DNA of 64,000 nt, taken from the IMG/VR virus record IMGVR_UViG_3300023199_000204, positions 62,001 to 126,000 of that record. One strand, given 5' to 3'. The notes below the pieces were generated by a model, which was not told where the DNA came from, searched no databases, and saw only the letters and a list, made by a program, of their open reading frames with translations. A program made the position numbers and the translations under genes. Positions 1 through 12,100 of the stretch are shown here, one piece after another (position 1 is the first letter of the stretch; each line of letters starts with the position of its first letter).

Positions 1-2
1 CT

Positions 3-1745
3 CCTGTAGATTATAAAGTAGACCAAACTGGCTTAAGTGCTTCTGGATTGGTAAGAAGAGATGTGCGAATAGAATCTTCGGAGAGAGACTTTGTTGATTT
101 TCTTACTGAGATTAGTTCCGAACAAAGCCTCGAAGAAATTGGATGGGATCCAAGCAAAAAAGTAAGTTTTATAACAAGGTCCTCGTCTGCTGAGGTAAAG
201 GGCAAGGCGCAAAATAGAAAGTTTAGAAATCCTGGTTTAATTGAAAAAAGAAATATTATACTTGAATATGGCAGAGATTGGGATTTTGGAACTTATCAGG
301 AAGAACTTGATAGGCTTACAACTTCTCAAGTTACTCTAAACGAACTTGATGATAGAAGGGAAAGAAGAAGCAATTCGTTAAGTTTATCTTTGGCATTTCC
401 TAATGAATTAATGGAAGTAATTAGTGGAACGGTAGTTGATATTTTTGGAAACCCAATTGATATTAATAGAGTTGCTATCGAAGCTCCAAGAGGCAAAGAT
501 AGGGAATTTCTTAATGATATTTTGGAAAAAATGCGTCATACAATGGCATATCATATGGAAATTAATGCTAGAAAGGGGTGGGATTATAGGGCGAGAAATA
601 CATTTGCTGACCGACCAGACCCTCCTATATTTACTGTTCCTGATATATTTAGCTCTGCGAACAATGCTAGAGACAGAAGTAAATTTTCTTTAGATATTGA
701 TAAAGAAGGGCAGCTTAAAATAAATGTTCCGGCATCGTCAGAAACTGGAAATATATCATTTTTAACCAGAAATGAAAACTCTAGTACTATTGAAGTTGAT
801 GATAATGGAAATCCTAAAAAGAATGTTAGAGATGATTTTAGAGGATTGCATAGAAATATAAAAAATCAAGATATATTTTTGGACCAAGTTGGTCCTGGTG
901 GAATTAAAGTTTTAGGGACCTCTGTCAAAAATAGATTAAGTGGGAATAAATCAAGTTGGATAGATCCAGATCCAACAGACAGTTCCTCTTCTACGGGAGA
1001 AAGGAAAGAGTTGCCCGAGTTTATTGAAGCCGGAACTGCTTTTCACAACATAACTCAAACAGCTGCTCTTTTATTAAGAAGCAATTTAAATCAAACAGCA
1101 ACTGGTGAGTTAAATGAGGACGATGCTGCTCCTTCTGAAGGGGCAGTTTTGAAAGAGATTAACTCTAGAACCCCAAGTAACGAAAATCCTTCTCCTAATG
1201 CGGGAGGAAGAAGTTTACAATTAAATTTGGATGGAAGTATAGAAACATCTATAGGTGCGAACACATCAGATAGAATTTCTTGGATGTTAGATACGGCAGG
1301 AGCGCTTATTGCTAGAATAGGAAGGGATAAATCTGGGCGAAGTGCTATAATTCAAACAGATGGCGAAATTGCTTTAGAGATTGGGGGATTTGATTATATA
1401 GGGGAGGATGGAACAGATGAAGTTGATACGAGATTTGTGGGAAGAGGTAAAGATAGGACTATTTCTTTACCTTCTGACCCTAATAGATTTAAAAGTGGAA
1501 AGTTTGTCATAAGGGTTAGAAGATCCAATGGTGAGCAAACTGGACCTGATGTAGATAAAGAAGATCATTTAATTATAATTGAACAAACAGGAATAACTAT
1601 TCACTCTGCCGGAAGGATGAATTTCATAAGTGAAATGGACACTGTAATAAAAAGTGGCAGCAGGGTGGTAATAGATGCTCCAAAAGTTCAAATTTATGAG
1701 CAAAATCCAAGATACTTCTCAAGATCAGGCAGAAGAATATCGTAA
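3..1745 (+). CDS. Baseplate hub/spike-type structural protein, 5'-truncated by window edge
   Basis: Frame is open from nt 3, so the track's TTG at 48 is not the true start. C-terminus (GITIHSAGRMNFISEMDTVIKSGSRVVIDAPKVQI) has the ~8-residue periodicity of gp5/VgrG-type beta-helical spikes. Lies upstream of gp25 and baseplate J genes. Confidence 0.45.
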   Translation, partial: PVDYKVDQTGLSASGLVRRDVRIESSERDFVDFLTEISSEQSLEEIGWDPSKKVSFITRSSSAEVKGKAQNRKFRNPGLIEKRNIILEYGRDWDFGTYQEELDRLTTSQVTLNELDDRRERRSNSLSLSLAFPNELMEVISGTVVDIFGNPIDINRVAIEAPRGKDREFLNDILEKMRHTMAYHMEINARKGWDYRARNTFADRPDPPIFTVPDIFSSANNARDRSKFSLDIDKEGQLKINVPASSETGNISFLTRNENSSTIEVDDNGNPKKNVRDDFRGLHRNIKNQDIFLDQVGPGGIKVLGTSVKNRLSGNKSSWIDPDPTDSSSSTGERKELPEFIEAGTAFHNITQTAALLLRSNLNQTATGELNEDDAAPSEGAVLKEINSRTPSNENPSPNAGGRSLQLNLDGSIETSIGANTSDRISWMLDTAGALIARIGRDKSGRSAIIQTDGEIALEIGGFDYIGEDGTDEVDTRFVGRGKDRTISLPSDPNRFKSGKFVIRVRRSNGEQTGPDVDKEDHLIIIEQTGITIHSAGRMNFISEMDTVIKSGSRVVIDAPKVQIYEQNPRYFSRSGRRIS

Positions 1746-1765
1746 GAATATCGAAAGAATATCGT
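1733..1765. repeat. 11-bp tandem repeat x3 (AAGAATATCG[T/A])
   Basis: aagaatatcgt-aagaatatcga-aagaatatcgt, spanning the stop of the first gene and running into the AAGGAG RBS of the next. Confidence 0.95.
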
Positions 1766-1776
1766 AAGGAGATATA

Positions 1777-3795
1777 ATGGCACAAGATACACTTCCGGTT
1801 CAAATACCATTTCCGGAGGAAGGCGAACAGCCAAAAACATATTCTGAACAATTATCGCAACTTAACTGTGTTTGTTCAGGAGGGGCAATAATTAGTCCAA
1901 TAACACTTCCTAGTGCTACAGTTAATTTAGGAGATATTATTGCTGATCATTCTAGAGTATTATCTAATTTTGCCTCAGCCTACAGTGTAATTACAATAAT
2001 TCTAAGAATGATTGCCTGTATTATAGATGTCTTATGTGCTATTCCCAACCCCTTTGCTATGATTTCGGCAATGATTAAGCTTTTTGGCACTTGTTTGCCG
2101 GAATTAATCCTTATATTTCCCCAATTTGCGATAATTGCCATTATTTTATGTTATATTAAAATAGTTATATCAATTATTGAATATATTCTTGAGGTCATAC
2201 TTCCATTAATTATTGATATTATTGCTAATGTTCAAACTTTAATTGATGCTTTTGAGAGTGGAAATGGAGATGCTCAGGCGGCAGTGGCATTTAAAATAGT
2301 TGCTTTGATAAAAGAAATGTTTAATGTTGTTGGAATTACATCGGCACTGGCAGCTCTTTTTATTATGATTAAAGCGATTATAAATCTTGGCGTAGGAATT
2401 CCTTGTGGAGGCTCTGGCGGCTCTTGTTCAGGTTGTGGTGATGATCAGTGCCCATCAGTAATCCAAGAGGATGATTTATCTGGAATAGATGGATCATTAA
2501 TAGTTTTATATGGAGAAGATATTTTTGATTATGAAATAAGATTTTTTTCGTCTTCCGCACAAAGCAGTTTTCTTCAAATAAGAGAATTTTTTCCAAAAGG
2601 TCTCAATTATAATGAAATGTCCGCTGAAGATATTCCTTATATCTTAACAGTAGATGGTCAAGACTATGCCATAACTTCTGTAGATAGTGGGGGAACGGCT
2701 CAGTTGTTTCAAATACCTAATGAAGAAAGATCTGATGGATATTTATCATCTTTTGTTTTCCCTCCAACAGCTTTGGCATCTGATCAGGTAAGGTTTGGAA
2801 CAGATACGGAATTTTTTGATTCGTCTTTTTCAGGTAGATATTTAGATATTTCAGATAGAAATGAAAGCACTTCTGACGATAATAGTGGAACCTGGTATAT
2901 ATCTTCAGTTATAGATGCTTATAACGTGGTGTTAGATAGCGATCCAAATGCCATTGGTAGTAGTACATTTAGTGGATTTAGTTCATTAAATCCAGAGCGA
3001 CACATTACTTGGAAATTAACTTCGTCAGCCCCATCACCAGGCGGAAGCAAAACTTTTTTAATGGATATTAACCATAACGAACTTATAAGGCACCAGTTAA
3101 TAGGACTAGGCTGTCACCCTTCGGTAAAGGCAACAAGAGATGCCACAGAAAATAGGTTCCCCGACGCAGCTAATGTAGATTTTCCAGAATTTCCTGATTT
3201 AAATGCCGTTGTTTCAGATCTTAATAATTGTGTTACAGCAATAGCTCCAATAACTGTAGATAGCTCTTATGTTTTAGATAATTATCAATCTATAGCTTCT
3301 GGAGCGGCGGAGCTTGAAGATTGTATTCAAGGAGTTTTGGGGCCATTTCAGGCGAATATGTTAAGTTATGCTAATCAGATATATCCTAGGGTTCTTGATA
3401 GAGAAAATAGTTTATTTGTAGCTAAACCCACAACTCAAATTATTGGAAATAATATATTGATTAGTGTTACTCCTTTAGATATTTATGGAGGACTATTATC
3501 GGCAGGGTTGCCTCCGGGAACAATTGTTGTTTCCATAAGTGCCACAGCAGGTAGCCTTTCAGAAGTTACTGAAGAGCTAGATGATGATGGAAATGTTACA
3601 GGAGTTTTTACAGCAGTATTGAGTAGCACTAAGGTATTAAGTTCAACACTAACTGCTCAGGTTGGAGGCCAATCTTTAAGTGATTTTGATGGCTCAACCC
3701 TTGTTGATAAAACTATTGAAGTAGAATTTATTGAGAAGTTTAGAACAGGAGATATAGATGATGGTCCCGAACCTCTTGGCGTTGGAGAGCAATAA
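1777..3795 (+). CDS. Putative virion protein: long hydrophobic helical N-terminus, Cys/Gly hinge, C-terminal Ig-like domain
   Basis: AAGGAG RBS; 672 aa; aa ~65-205 strongly hydrophobic; GGSGGSCSGCGDDQC; C-terminal Big-1-like beta pattern (GVFTAVLSSTKV..STLTAQV); baseplate context. Confidence 0.5.
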   Translation: MAQDTLPVQIPFPEEGEQPKTYSEQLSQLNCVCSGGAIISPITLPSATVNLGDIIADHSRVLSNFASAYSVITIILRMIACIIDVLCAIPNPFAMISAMIKLFGTCLPELILIFPQFAIIAIILCYIKIVISIIEYILEVILPLIIDIIANVQTLIDAFESGNGDAQAAVAFKIVALIKEMFNVVGITSALAALFIMIKAIINLGVGIPCGGSGGSCSGCGDDQCPSVIQEDDLSGIDGSLIVLYGEDIFDYEIRFFSSSAQSSFLQIREFFPKGLNYNEMSAEDIPYILTVDGQDYAITSVDSGGTAQLFQIPNEERSDGYLSSFVFPPTALASDQVRFGTDTEFFDSSFSGRYLDISDRNESTSDDNSGTWYISSVIDAYNVVLDSDPNAIGSSTFSGFSSLNPERHITWKLTSSAPSPGGSKTFLMDINHNELIRHQLIGLGCHPSVKATRDATENRFPDAANVDFPEFPDLNAVVSDLNNCVTAIAPITVDSSYVLDNYQSIASGAAELEDCIQGVLGPFQANMLSYANQIYPRVLDRENSLFVAKPTTQIIGNNILISVTPLDIYGGLLSAGLPPGTIVVSISATAGSLSEVTEELDDDGNVTGVFTAVLSSTKVLSSTLTAQVGGQSLSDFDGSTLVDKTIEVEFIEKFRTGDIDDGPEPLGVGEQ

Positions 3796-5462
3796 TGGTT
3801 GAAAATTCAGCAGTAAATTCTGCTTTTAAATTTGATTTAATTACTTTCGCAAAGAATATAATAAAGGAAATTGAAGGGGCTCGCTCTTATCAAAAAGTTA
3901 CGGACGAGAAAACTAGTCAAGGATTTACATTACCAACAGAGAGTAGAGTTAATGCTTTATTTAGACTAATAGGTTTGCCCTATTTTGTAGTTTTTGAAAA
4001 CAAAGGGGAAGAGGAAAATAATCAAAATGAACCATTATCTTCAGGAAATAGAGTTTTAACTCCAGGATATGATAGTGAGTTTAGCGGCAAGCTTTCAGCA
4101 TATAAGATTAAAAATTTAGATGCTATTGGAGATGTTAAAATTGATGAAACAGTTTCTAGAAGAGAGCTAGAATTATCAAAAATAGAAAACTCTATTGGTA
4201 CAAATGAAACCAATGCCGCTATGTCAAGTTCTTTATTATTTTCTATGGGATTGGAACCTAATATTCCAGAAAAGGGGTTAGGTTCAGGGGAAATTGGTCC
4301 GACAAACAACAGAAGAACTGTTTATAAAAAACTTAAGCCGTTAGTGCCAAATTACAACACTAGTGGAATATTTCCTAAATCTAATTCTCTAGCAAGGCCG
4401 TTTTTGCCTGATTTGAGAAGACAAATTTTAGACAATCAGACTGTTTTGGCAAAGCCATTTATTGAGACGGTTATTAGAATTAGATTAGTGGGTCTGGAAT
4501 CTTCAAAATCGTTTGATCAGACAATAAAGCAAATTGATTATCTTGATTCTGTTCAAAATGATTTAGGAGATGACTTATTTTTTGAACTATTTCCAGATGG
4601 AGTGGGTGTTCTAGCACAAACAAATGCTTTAGAAAGATTTATTTTAGATAAAATGCTGACTTCAATTAACCAGCTAGCAATAAAGTGGGTTGAATTAGAA
4701 AAGAATCAAGAACAGGTTCGTAAAAAAAGAGCATTTAAGATCGTAGTCAGAACAACTTCTGCGAAAACCAATCCTCTCGGTAGAAGGGCACAGGTTGAGA
4801 CAAATTTAACTACACTGTCTAATTATAATGATGGAAAGAAGATTAAAAAGCTTAAAAAACAAATAGCTGTTGATGAGGCACTTTTAAGTCTTTTGCCCAC
4901 AGATGATACTGTTACTGGTAATAAGAAAAATCCTAAATTATCATCAACAAAAAATGTGGTTTCCTCAGGATTAATAAATTCTTTTACTAATATACTTAAT
5001 CAAGATTTAAGTAGATTTCAGAAAGAATTAAAAAAGTTACAAGCGGACATATCACGGTCAGCCAAAAATATTGAAAATTTAAGAGTTGAGCTTGATTTAA
5101 TGACAGGAGAGTTTACTGGCGTATCAATCCCAGACATTGTTGCTATAATAATAGGTTTGTTTCTAATATCAAAAAAAGATTTGCTAAACCTGCTAGATCA
5201 AGAAACAAGAGATAATCTTTCAGCGGACCCAGTATTGAAAACAGCCATAGAGAGTTTGAATTTATCTAGCACTTCAGCGACCCCTTCTTCAGTTATAGAA
5301 TCAGTTAAAAAATTGGAGACACAGGTGGATAGTGTATTTAGTGCTTTAAATGCTCAAATAGAGATAGTTAGGGATAGAATTAAGCCTTCCAAGCTAAATA
5401 AACAGCAAGGTAGAAAGAAAAAAGAAAATATTAACAGAAACTATGATTTAGAGGGAGAATAG
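3795..5462 (+). CDS. Hypothetical helical/coiled-coil protein in baseplate module
   Basis: 555-aa ORF coupled (TAATG) to the upstream gene; no recognisable motif. Confidence 0.6.
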   Translation: MVENSAVNSAFKFDLITFAKNIIKEIEGARSYQKVTDEKTSQGFTLPTESRVNALFRLIGLPYFVVFENKGEEENNQNEPLSSGNRVLTPGYDSEFSGKLSAYKIKNLDAIGDVKIDETVSRRELELSKIENSIGTNETNAAMSSSLLFSMGLEPNIPEKGLGSGEIGPTNNRRTVYKKLKPLVPNYNTSGIFPKSNSLARPFLPDLRRQILDNQTVLAKPFIETVIRIRLVGLESSKSFDQTIKQIDYLDSVQNDLGDDLFFELFPDGVGVLAQTNALERFILDKMLTSINQLAIKWVELEKNQEQVRKKRAFKIVVRTTSAKTNPLGRRAQVETNLTTLSNYNDGKKIKKLKKQIAVDEALLSLLPTDDTVTGNKKNPKLSSTKNVVSSGLINSFTNILNQDLSRFQKELKKLQADISRSAKNIENLRVELDLMTGEFTGVSIPDIVAIIIGLFLISKKDLLNLLDQETRDNLSADPVLKTAIESLNLSSTSATPSSVIESVKKLETQVDSVFSALNAQIEIVRDRIKPSKLNKQQGRKKKENINRNYDLEGE

Positions 5463-5891
5463 ATGTCTTTTGATCTTAAAATAGAAAATAACAATTTGAC
5501 ATTAAATCCTGACGGAACTTTACAAACTGTTAGGGATAATGAAAAATTGGCACAAGACGTTATTAAGATTATTTTAACCCCTGTTGGTTCAAACAGGTTT
5601 CATAAATGGTATGGTAGCACCGTTGGTGCCAGGACAATAGGAGAGATTCTTCCTGCTGCTTTAACACAAGCTGATAGTGAAAGAGCAATACAAAACAGTC
5701 TCAATAATTTAATTGCCTTGCAAAGGGCTCAATCAAGAGCCCAGTATGTTTCTCCAGGAGAAACAATTGATAGTATTAAAGATATATTTGCTTCAAGAAA
5801 TAATTCAGACCCAAGGCAATATCAAATTGTTGTTTCAGTTATAACAAGACAATTAACGATAGTAGAGGAAACATTTACATTAAATGTATGA
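5463..5891 (+). CDS. Baseplate wedge protein, gp25/GPW family
   Basis: 142 aa; DLKI..L..V...EKLAQ...IILTP.GS..FH.WYGS pattern typical of gp25-like proteins; directly before baseplate J. Confidence 0.8.
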   Translation: MSFDLKIENNNLTLNPDGTLQTVRDNEKLAQDVIKIILTPVGSNRFHKWYGSTVGARTIGEILPAALTQADSERAIQNSLNNLIALQRAQSRAQYVSPGETIDSIKDIFASRNNSDPRQYQIVVSVITRQLTIVEETFTLNV

Positions 5892-5901
5892 GGGATTTTA
5901 A

Positions 5902-8900
5902 ATGGTTGATTTTAAAAGTTTTAATAATATAGTGCTTGATATGATACAATCTTTGCGTCTTACGCAACCAGCACTTGACACAAAACCAAATACGGTAGCA
6001 AGAGATTTATTTGTTGACACCCAGGCTCTTCAGCTTGCCAACATATATGAAGCTATGAGAGAAGTTGCGGCTTTACAATCTATCGCCAATCTAACTGGAC
6101 AGGATTTGGTTAACTATGGTGCTAACTTTGGAGTAGAAAAAAGAAGTGGGACTAAATCTATCGGCACAGTTGTTTTTACATTTAGATCTCTTGATAGTGA
6201 TATTACTATAGAAGAAGGAACCGTTGTTAGATCTAGGGGAGGAATTCCATTTTTAACTGTATCTTCGGCAAATGCTTTAGTTTCTCAAAGCAATGCCTTA
6301 AGAGCAACAGCTACAAGACTTAGAAATCAATTAGACACTGCTGGAATTACTGATGAATTTGCTTTAGAAGTTTCTGTAGAGTCACAGAGTTCAGGGTCCT
6401 CAGGGAATATTTCCCAATATTCAATTGTAAGTCATTCTGCGGCAGGGGTAAATTCTGTAACAAATGTTACATCATTTAGCGGAGGAACAGATTCTGAAAC
6501 GGACGCTGCCTTTAGGTCCAGAATACTTTCAGTTTTTGCTGGCGCAAACACAGGAACGGCCTTAGGGTACAGGAGTATTGTTTTGGGCCTGGCAGATGCC
6601 ATTGACGCCCTTGTAATTGAACCAGGAAGCACTTTAATGACCAGAGATGGAACAATAGTTGTCACTGATGACGATGGCAACACAGTTGTTTCTGAGCCCG
6701 GCACGGGCGGAAGGGTTGATATTTATGTTTTAGGAGAAAACCCTCAGTCTGGAACAGATAGTTTTGTATATAATGATCAAAGCGGAGAGACAGATCCTAC
6801 TGATGATTCCAACAACTATATACTTGGACAAAGTTCATTAACTGCCGATGCCAGTTTAACTTTAAATTTAAGACGCGTGACCACCTTGTCTGGAACTTCT
6901 GACATTCCTCTTCAGCCAGTAACGTCAATTGTTTCTGTAAGTGGCAGCTCTTCTGGGCCTAACTTTATTGAAGAGTTTTTAGATACAGACGGAAATCTAA
7001 AAGGAAACTATAGGTTGGAAAAAGATTCCGGCTCTGCCTCTGGGAGCCCATTTGGTCTTGACAAGATGGTCTGGATTTCTGACAGAATAGATTTAGAAAG
7101 TGAATCAAGGACAAAAGGCAGTTTAAACTCAGTTGATGAGTTGGCATTTACGGATGTTTTAGAAATTTATGCTTCATCTCAGGATATTCAAGTAACAAAT
7201 GAAAATTCAACAGTTTCTTCTTCAAGAAACTCCATAACAACTTTACACTCTCCAGTAAGAACTGTATCAAGAGTTTTTAACCTGACAACTGGAGAAAGAT
7301 ATACTATTACAGACCAAAATCCAGATGGAGATGGAAATATAAATGGCACTGGTAGAGTTCTAATAAGTGGCAGAACTTTACCAACAGTAAGTGATATTTT
7401 ACAGGTTGATTATACCTGGGTTTATGATTTTGATTCAGGTATAGATTTTGATCATTTAAATCCACAGGATTCTTTAAATTCTTCACAGGATTCTATAGAC
7501 TGGGGCTATTCAAATTATATCAGAGACGAGCCCTCAACTGCTGTTTTAGATGCTTATAGTAATTTACACGTTCAAACAAATTATTTTATAAGCAAGGTAA
7601 TTTCCGTAAATACTTTCGTTTCTGAAACATCAGTTATTACTGGAACTACCACAGGTAAAACAATTGTAACAAATAACCCTGTATCTAATATACATAGTAT
7701 AATTGACACATCTATATCTGGTTCGCCAGAAATATATAACACAAAAGAATCAGATGGAGTATTTTCAAATCTTTTAATATCACTTCCTTCCGATACAGTG
7801 GCACAGGTAGGAGATACAGTAACTATTACATATAACCTTAATGATATTTTTAACATAGATGGTTATGATTCTGGAACTTACGCAAATAAATTAATTACTT
7901 TAAATCCAAACACAGCAACATCAACTGGCACAAGTGTATTAGTTAATTATGTTACTGAGTTAGAAAATTTAATTCCACAAACAGATATTTCATCATTATC
8001 TATTTCATCAAACGGTCTTAACGGTTTTGTTGAAGTTGACGGTTATCAGCCAGTATTGAATAGATTTTCAGGGCCCAGTAACACTATAATAGATAATCAA
8101 AGGCGCTCTCCATCAAAACTTAGGGTTAATGTATCTAATATTCCAAACAATGGTGTTATTAGAGTGGTAGGAACTACTATAAATAAAATTGATTCAACAT
8201 ACATTTCTACTTCATCCTCTTCTATAAATTTTGCTTCTCTTATACGTGAAGCGGAGGGTTTAAGTGAAATAGCAACAGTTCCTAATACAATATACATAGC
8301 TAAAGTTGTTAAATTACAACAGGTAACTTTATCCGACAACGGAGAAATTCAGTCAGTTGATTTAGAATATGATTTAACAAATTATAAAATCGGCGACTCT
8401 TCCTGGGATATTGCTAATTCCTTAGAAGACATTAGTATTAATAACACCTCTATGGTGTTAAGTGGTGTTTCAGCAAACACTTCATCTCTAATTTTAACAG
8501 GAACTGTAGTTAGGGTCATATTTTACTACGCAAAACTCAATGATTATGAAGATTTGTTTTTCTCTAGAAATGGAATAATGACAACAAATAAAACATTTGG
8601 GCACATTGATTCTTTAAATAGATTTTCTGGGTTCCAAGATTCTGGCGGAACAATTTCTGGAAAAGTTTTGGTAGATTCTTTTAATCAGCCGGCAGAAAAT
8701 TCATCTTATTTTGTAGATTATTCATATACTGCTCCAAAAGAAAATGAAAGAATTACGGTTAATTTTGAATATAATAAACTTATAGTTGATGCGACAGAGG
8801 CCATAGAGGATAATCGCCCAATAACAGCTGATGTTCTGGTGAAATCTGCGGTAGAAGTAGAATTAGATGTTGATGCCTATATAGTTGTTGAAGAAGAGTT

Positions 8901-9153
8901 CGCAGACAGAGAGGCTACAGTAAAACAAGATGTTGCTGATAATATTACCGCCACCCTTAACTCTTCAGCACTTGGAACAACATTAGATCAGTCAGATATT
9001 GTGGCTAATGTATATAATGTTGAAGGTTTAGATAGAATAAGAATAACAAGGTTTAATTTAGCAAATATTTCCGGAACAAAAACTAGTATAACGGCAGAGG
9101 ATAATGAGTATCTGAGCCCAGGATCAGTCACTGTAGAGGTGGAGAGTAGGTAA
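5902..9153 (+). CDS. Baseplate J/gp47 (T4 gp6-like) wedge protein with large insertion
   Basis: LTGQDLVNYGANFGVEKR, GTVVFT, GGTDSETDAAFRSRI and GRVDIYV motifs, plus C-terminal LGTTLDQSDIVANVYNVEGLD, all typical of baseplate J. Confidence 0.85.
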   Translation: MVDFKSFNNIVLDMIQSLRLTQPALDTKPNTVARDLFVDTQALQLANIYEAMREVAALQSIANLTGQDLVNYGANFGVEKRSGTKSIGTVVFTFRSLDSDITIEEGTVVRSRGGIPFLTVSSANALVSQSNALRATATRLRNQLDTAGITDEFALEVSVESQSSGSSGNISQYSIVSHSAAGVNSVTNVTSFSGGTDSETDAAFRSRILSVFAGANTGTALGYRSIVLGLADAIDALVIEPGSTLMTRDGTIVVTDDDGNTVVSEPGTGGRVDIYVLGENPQSGTDSFVYNDQSGETDPTDDSNNYILGQSSLTADASLTLNLRRVTTLSGTSDIPLQPVTSIVSVSGSSSGPNFIEEFLDTDGNLKGNYRLEKDSGSASGSPFGLDKMVWISDRIDLESESRTKGSLNSVDELAFTDVLEIYASSQDIQVTNENSTVSSSRNSITTLHSPVRTVSRVFNLTTGERYTITDQNPDGDGNINGTGRVLISGRTLPTVSDILQVDYTWVYDFDSGIDFDHLNPQDSLNSSQDSIDWGYSNYIRDEPSTAVLDAYSNLHVQTNYFISKVISVNTFVSETSVITGTTTGKTIVTNNPVSNIHSIIDTSISGSPEIYNTKESDGVFSNLLISLPSDTVAQVGDTVTITYNLNDIFNIDGYDSGTYANKLITLNPNTATSTGTSVLVNYVTELENLIPQTDISSLSISSNGLNGFVEVDGYQPVLNRFSGPSNTIIDNQRRSPSKLRVNVSNIPNNGVIRVVGTTINKIDSTYISTSSSSINFASLIREAEGLSEIATVPNTIYIAKVVKLQQVTLSDNGEIQSVDLEYDLTNYKIGDSSWDIANSLEDISINNTSMVLSGVSANTSSLILTGTVVRVIFYYAKLNDYEDLFFSRNGIMTTNKTFGHIDSLNRFSGFQDSGGTISGKVLVDSFNQPAENSSYFVDYSYTAPKENERITVNFEYNKLIVDATEAIEDNRPITADVLVKSAVEVELDVDAYIVVEEEFADREATVKQDVADNITATLNSSALGTTLDQSDIVANVYNVEGLDRIRITRFNLANISGTKTSITAEDNEYLSPGSVTVEVESR

Positions 9154-12100
9154 TGGCAAATAATATTAGAATCAATGGTGTAAATGTAAAAAGTTCTGTA
9201 AAAATAGAGGTTACTTTTACACACGGAATTGGTTCAATTTCAATTGAAAATATTTCAATAGAAGGCATAGGCGGCGATCCTAACGCCACCATTTTGTCTA
9301 TAGAAATTAATAGTAACGCATTAACTATAAATACTAGACCAATATTGCCAAGAGGTTATTATAAATTAACATTAAGCTCAACTTCCTCTTCAATGATTGA
9401 AGGTGCTAGGGGCGAGTCATTTTTGGTTGATGGGGCGACAAATGTATATTATTTTACTGGTCCGGAAGATGACAATCCGATCAGAGATAATATACTAAGT
9501 GATGTTCCTGGGGTTTATGATACGGACCCAGGGGGATTGCTTTTTGATTCTATAGATGCTAGTGCTAGTGAGATACAAACTTCAAATAATAGAACTGGTG
9601 AAGTTCGCTCCGCTAATTATGTTTCTGTTACTGTTGAGGATGAATTAAAAACAAGAGGAGCAGGTCCTTTTGATAGATTCGCTAATGAAGGAGTTTATGA
9701 AATAATACGAGTTGGTTCAGTGGAAACTGGAACAACTGATTCCGCAGAAATTTCATTTTTAGAGTTTCCTTCAGATCCGGTAAGCTTACAGCAAGCTTCT
9801 ATCACTGATGAAGAGGTTTCAAATGTTTCTAATGATTCCAATAGTTTTGTAGGTTTGTTAATTACATTGGCAAATAAACCAATAATAAAAGTTTCTTCTA
9901 TAGTATTAACAAGGGGAAACACTGACTATGAATATAATATTTCTCAATATAAATATGGAATTCTTGAAAATAAATATGATTCAAATAACTCATATCCTGC
10001 CCTAGATATTGAAGAAAATCAAATTAGATTAAGCACTTCCGCAGTGGGTTCGTCTTTTCCATTGCCACAAGGGAGTGATGTTATAACTGTTAGCTATTTA
10101 TATAAAAAGGTAGGTAGAGATGTTGGAGATGACTCAGTTTCTGTAACAACTCTAACTAATATTGTAAGAGAATCTGTTCCAGCCGTATCTACTTCCTTCT
10201 TTTTACAAAACGCACCAATAGTTGATGAAAGCAATTCAATTCCTACAACTGGAGGGGTGTTATTTTTAGACCCACTTGTTAATTTTGACCCAGATGAAAA
10301 TCACCCTTCATTTGTAAATGAGATTCCTTTTAGCATATCTAGTTTCCCCAGTAGTGTTGGCGAATATACTGTAAATTATAAAACTGGACAAGTTATTGTG
10401 TTTGGCTCAAATGGCAGTGGCTTTGATGGAACAACAACAATTCCACCTGTAGCAACATATACCTATAGACAAACTTATCAGTCGGGCCTTGATTATACTT
10501 TTTCTGCCAGTCTAAATGAAGTTGCTTCTCTTCCGGGCAGAGATTTAAGAGGAGGCCCGGGAACAATATCTTTTGAATATGAAGATGCTTTTACCGAGGG
10601 AACAGATTTTAGCTTCCTGTCTCACGTAGAAGTAATAGATGAAAGAGTAGAAAATAGATTAATTGAAACAATCGGAGTAAAAACTGAAAACAACTTTGTA
10701 AACGAAGTTTTCAGAATTTATAATGAAACTACTGGAGAGATATATTTTCCTAGTAGGGTTAGTGGAAACGAAGTTTACTTCTCTGCTTCAAATCCTCCTA
10801 GATTGAATAATATAACTATGGAGGCGGCAGTTTTTACAACATCAATTCAATCTCAAATTATTGTTACAGACACCTTATCCGTTACTGGGAAATCATTTGT
10901 TGTTTTTAGAATTGAGTTAGAGAATACTAAGATAGCATCAGCAACTAGTGATTTTATAGGTGCTAGTTTTAATAGCTCATTAATTCTTTCAGATGCTGAT
11001 ACTTTTGTATCTGAAAGATATTATGATTCAGGTGATTCACTAGATGATAATTTAATTCGGCTACAGTCTGTCGGAGATTATATGGTTGATTACTCATCTG
11101 GCCTAGTATATGTAGCAGTCAATTCTGGATCGGGGACAGATATTGGCGATGCCACATATAAATATGGAGAAGTATCTACTAGAAATAACCATATAGTTAG
11201 AGTCAATGACCTATATAGAAGTGCTGGAGTTAATACAGACCATAGTAAAATATTTACCATTGGAGCGATTTCTGATTCATCTATAGGAATATCTAATTTA
11301 AACGAAATTGGAGAAAGAACTTATGATGGCTCTGTTTTAATTGTAGATAATAATGGAACAAATGATACTATCACCGTAGATAATGATATATTTAAACTTC
11401 GTTCAATATTCCAAGTAACAGATTTACAAACAGAGTTAATACCTATAAACTTTGCTACTAGGGCAGTAGTATCTTCTTCAAACCCAAATGTAATTACATT
11501 AAGTTCCTTAGGAGTTCCTGTAGAGGATACTTATTTAACAGTTGCCTTGTCTGGTACTAGAAAATATATCACCTGCGATAGAATACAGAGCCTGTTTGAT
11601 TCTGGTTTAGCCCAGGTAGTTTCGGCAACTTCAGTTATAGATTCATACAGTATGGTAAATTATTTTTCTCAAGGAAGCGATGGATATATATCTGCTGTAG
11701 AGAATAGGGTTTATCTTCCCTCTTCTACTGGGGCATTACCAGGGGATATTGTTAATGTAATTTATAATGCTAAGCTAAATGCTGGAGCGGCAGTTTTGGT
11801 TGATTATAGTATAGGTGATATATTTGTAGATTACACGTATACTCCTGATGAGATACTTATAAGCTATGAATATGGAGATAATGTTCTTGACTGGAGTATT
11901 TCAAATTCTGTTGCGGAAGGAGAAGAATATTTTGTTAGTTACAAATATGGAGCTTTGAGAAATTCTTTAAGAGATAATTTTGGTATATTAAGCAGTGTTT
12001 CTGAGATATTAACTATTCCAGAAGAACTTGACAGAGAAACATATAGAAATGCCATTACTGGAACTCTTCAATCTTTTCCTAAAGGTCCTACGATCCCTTC

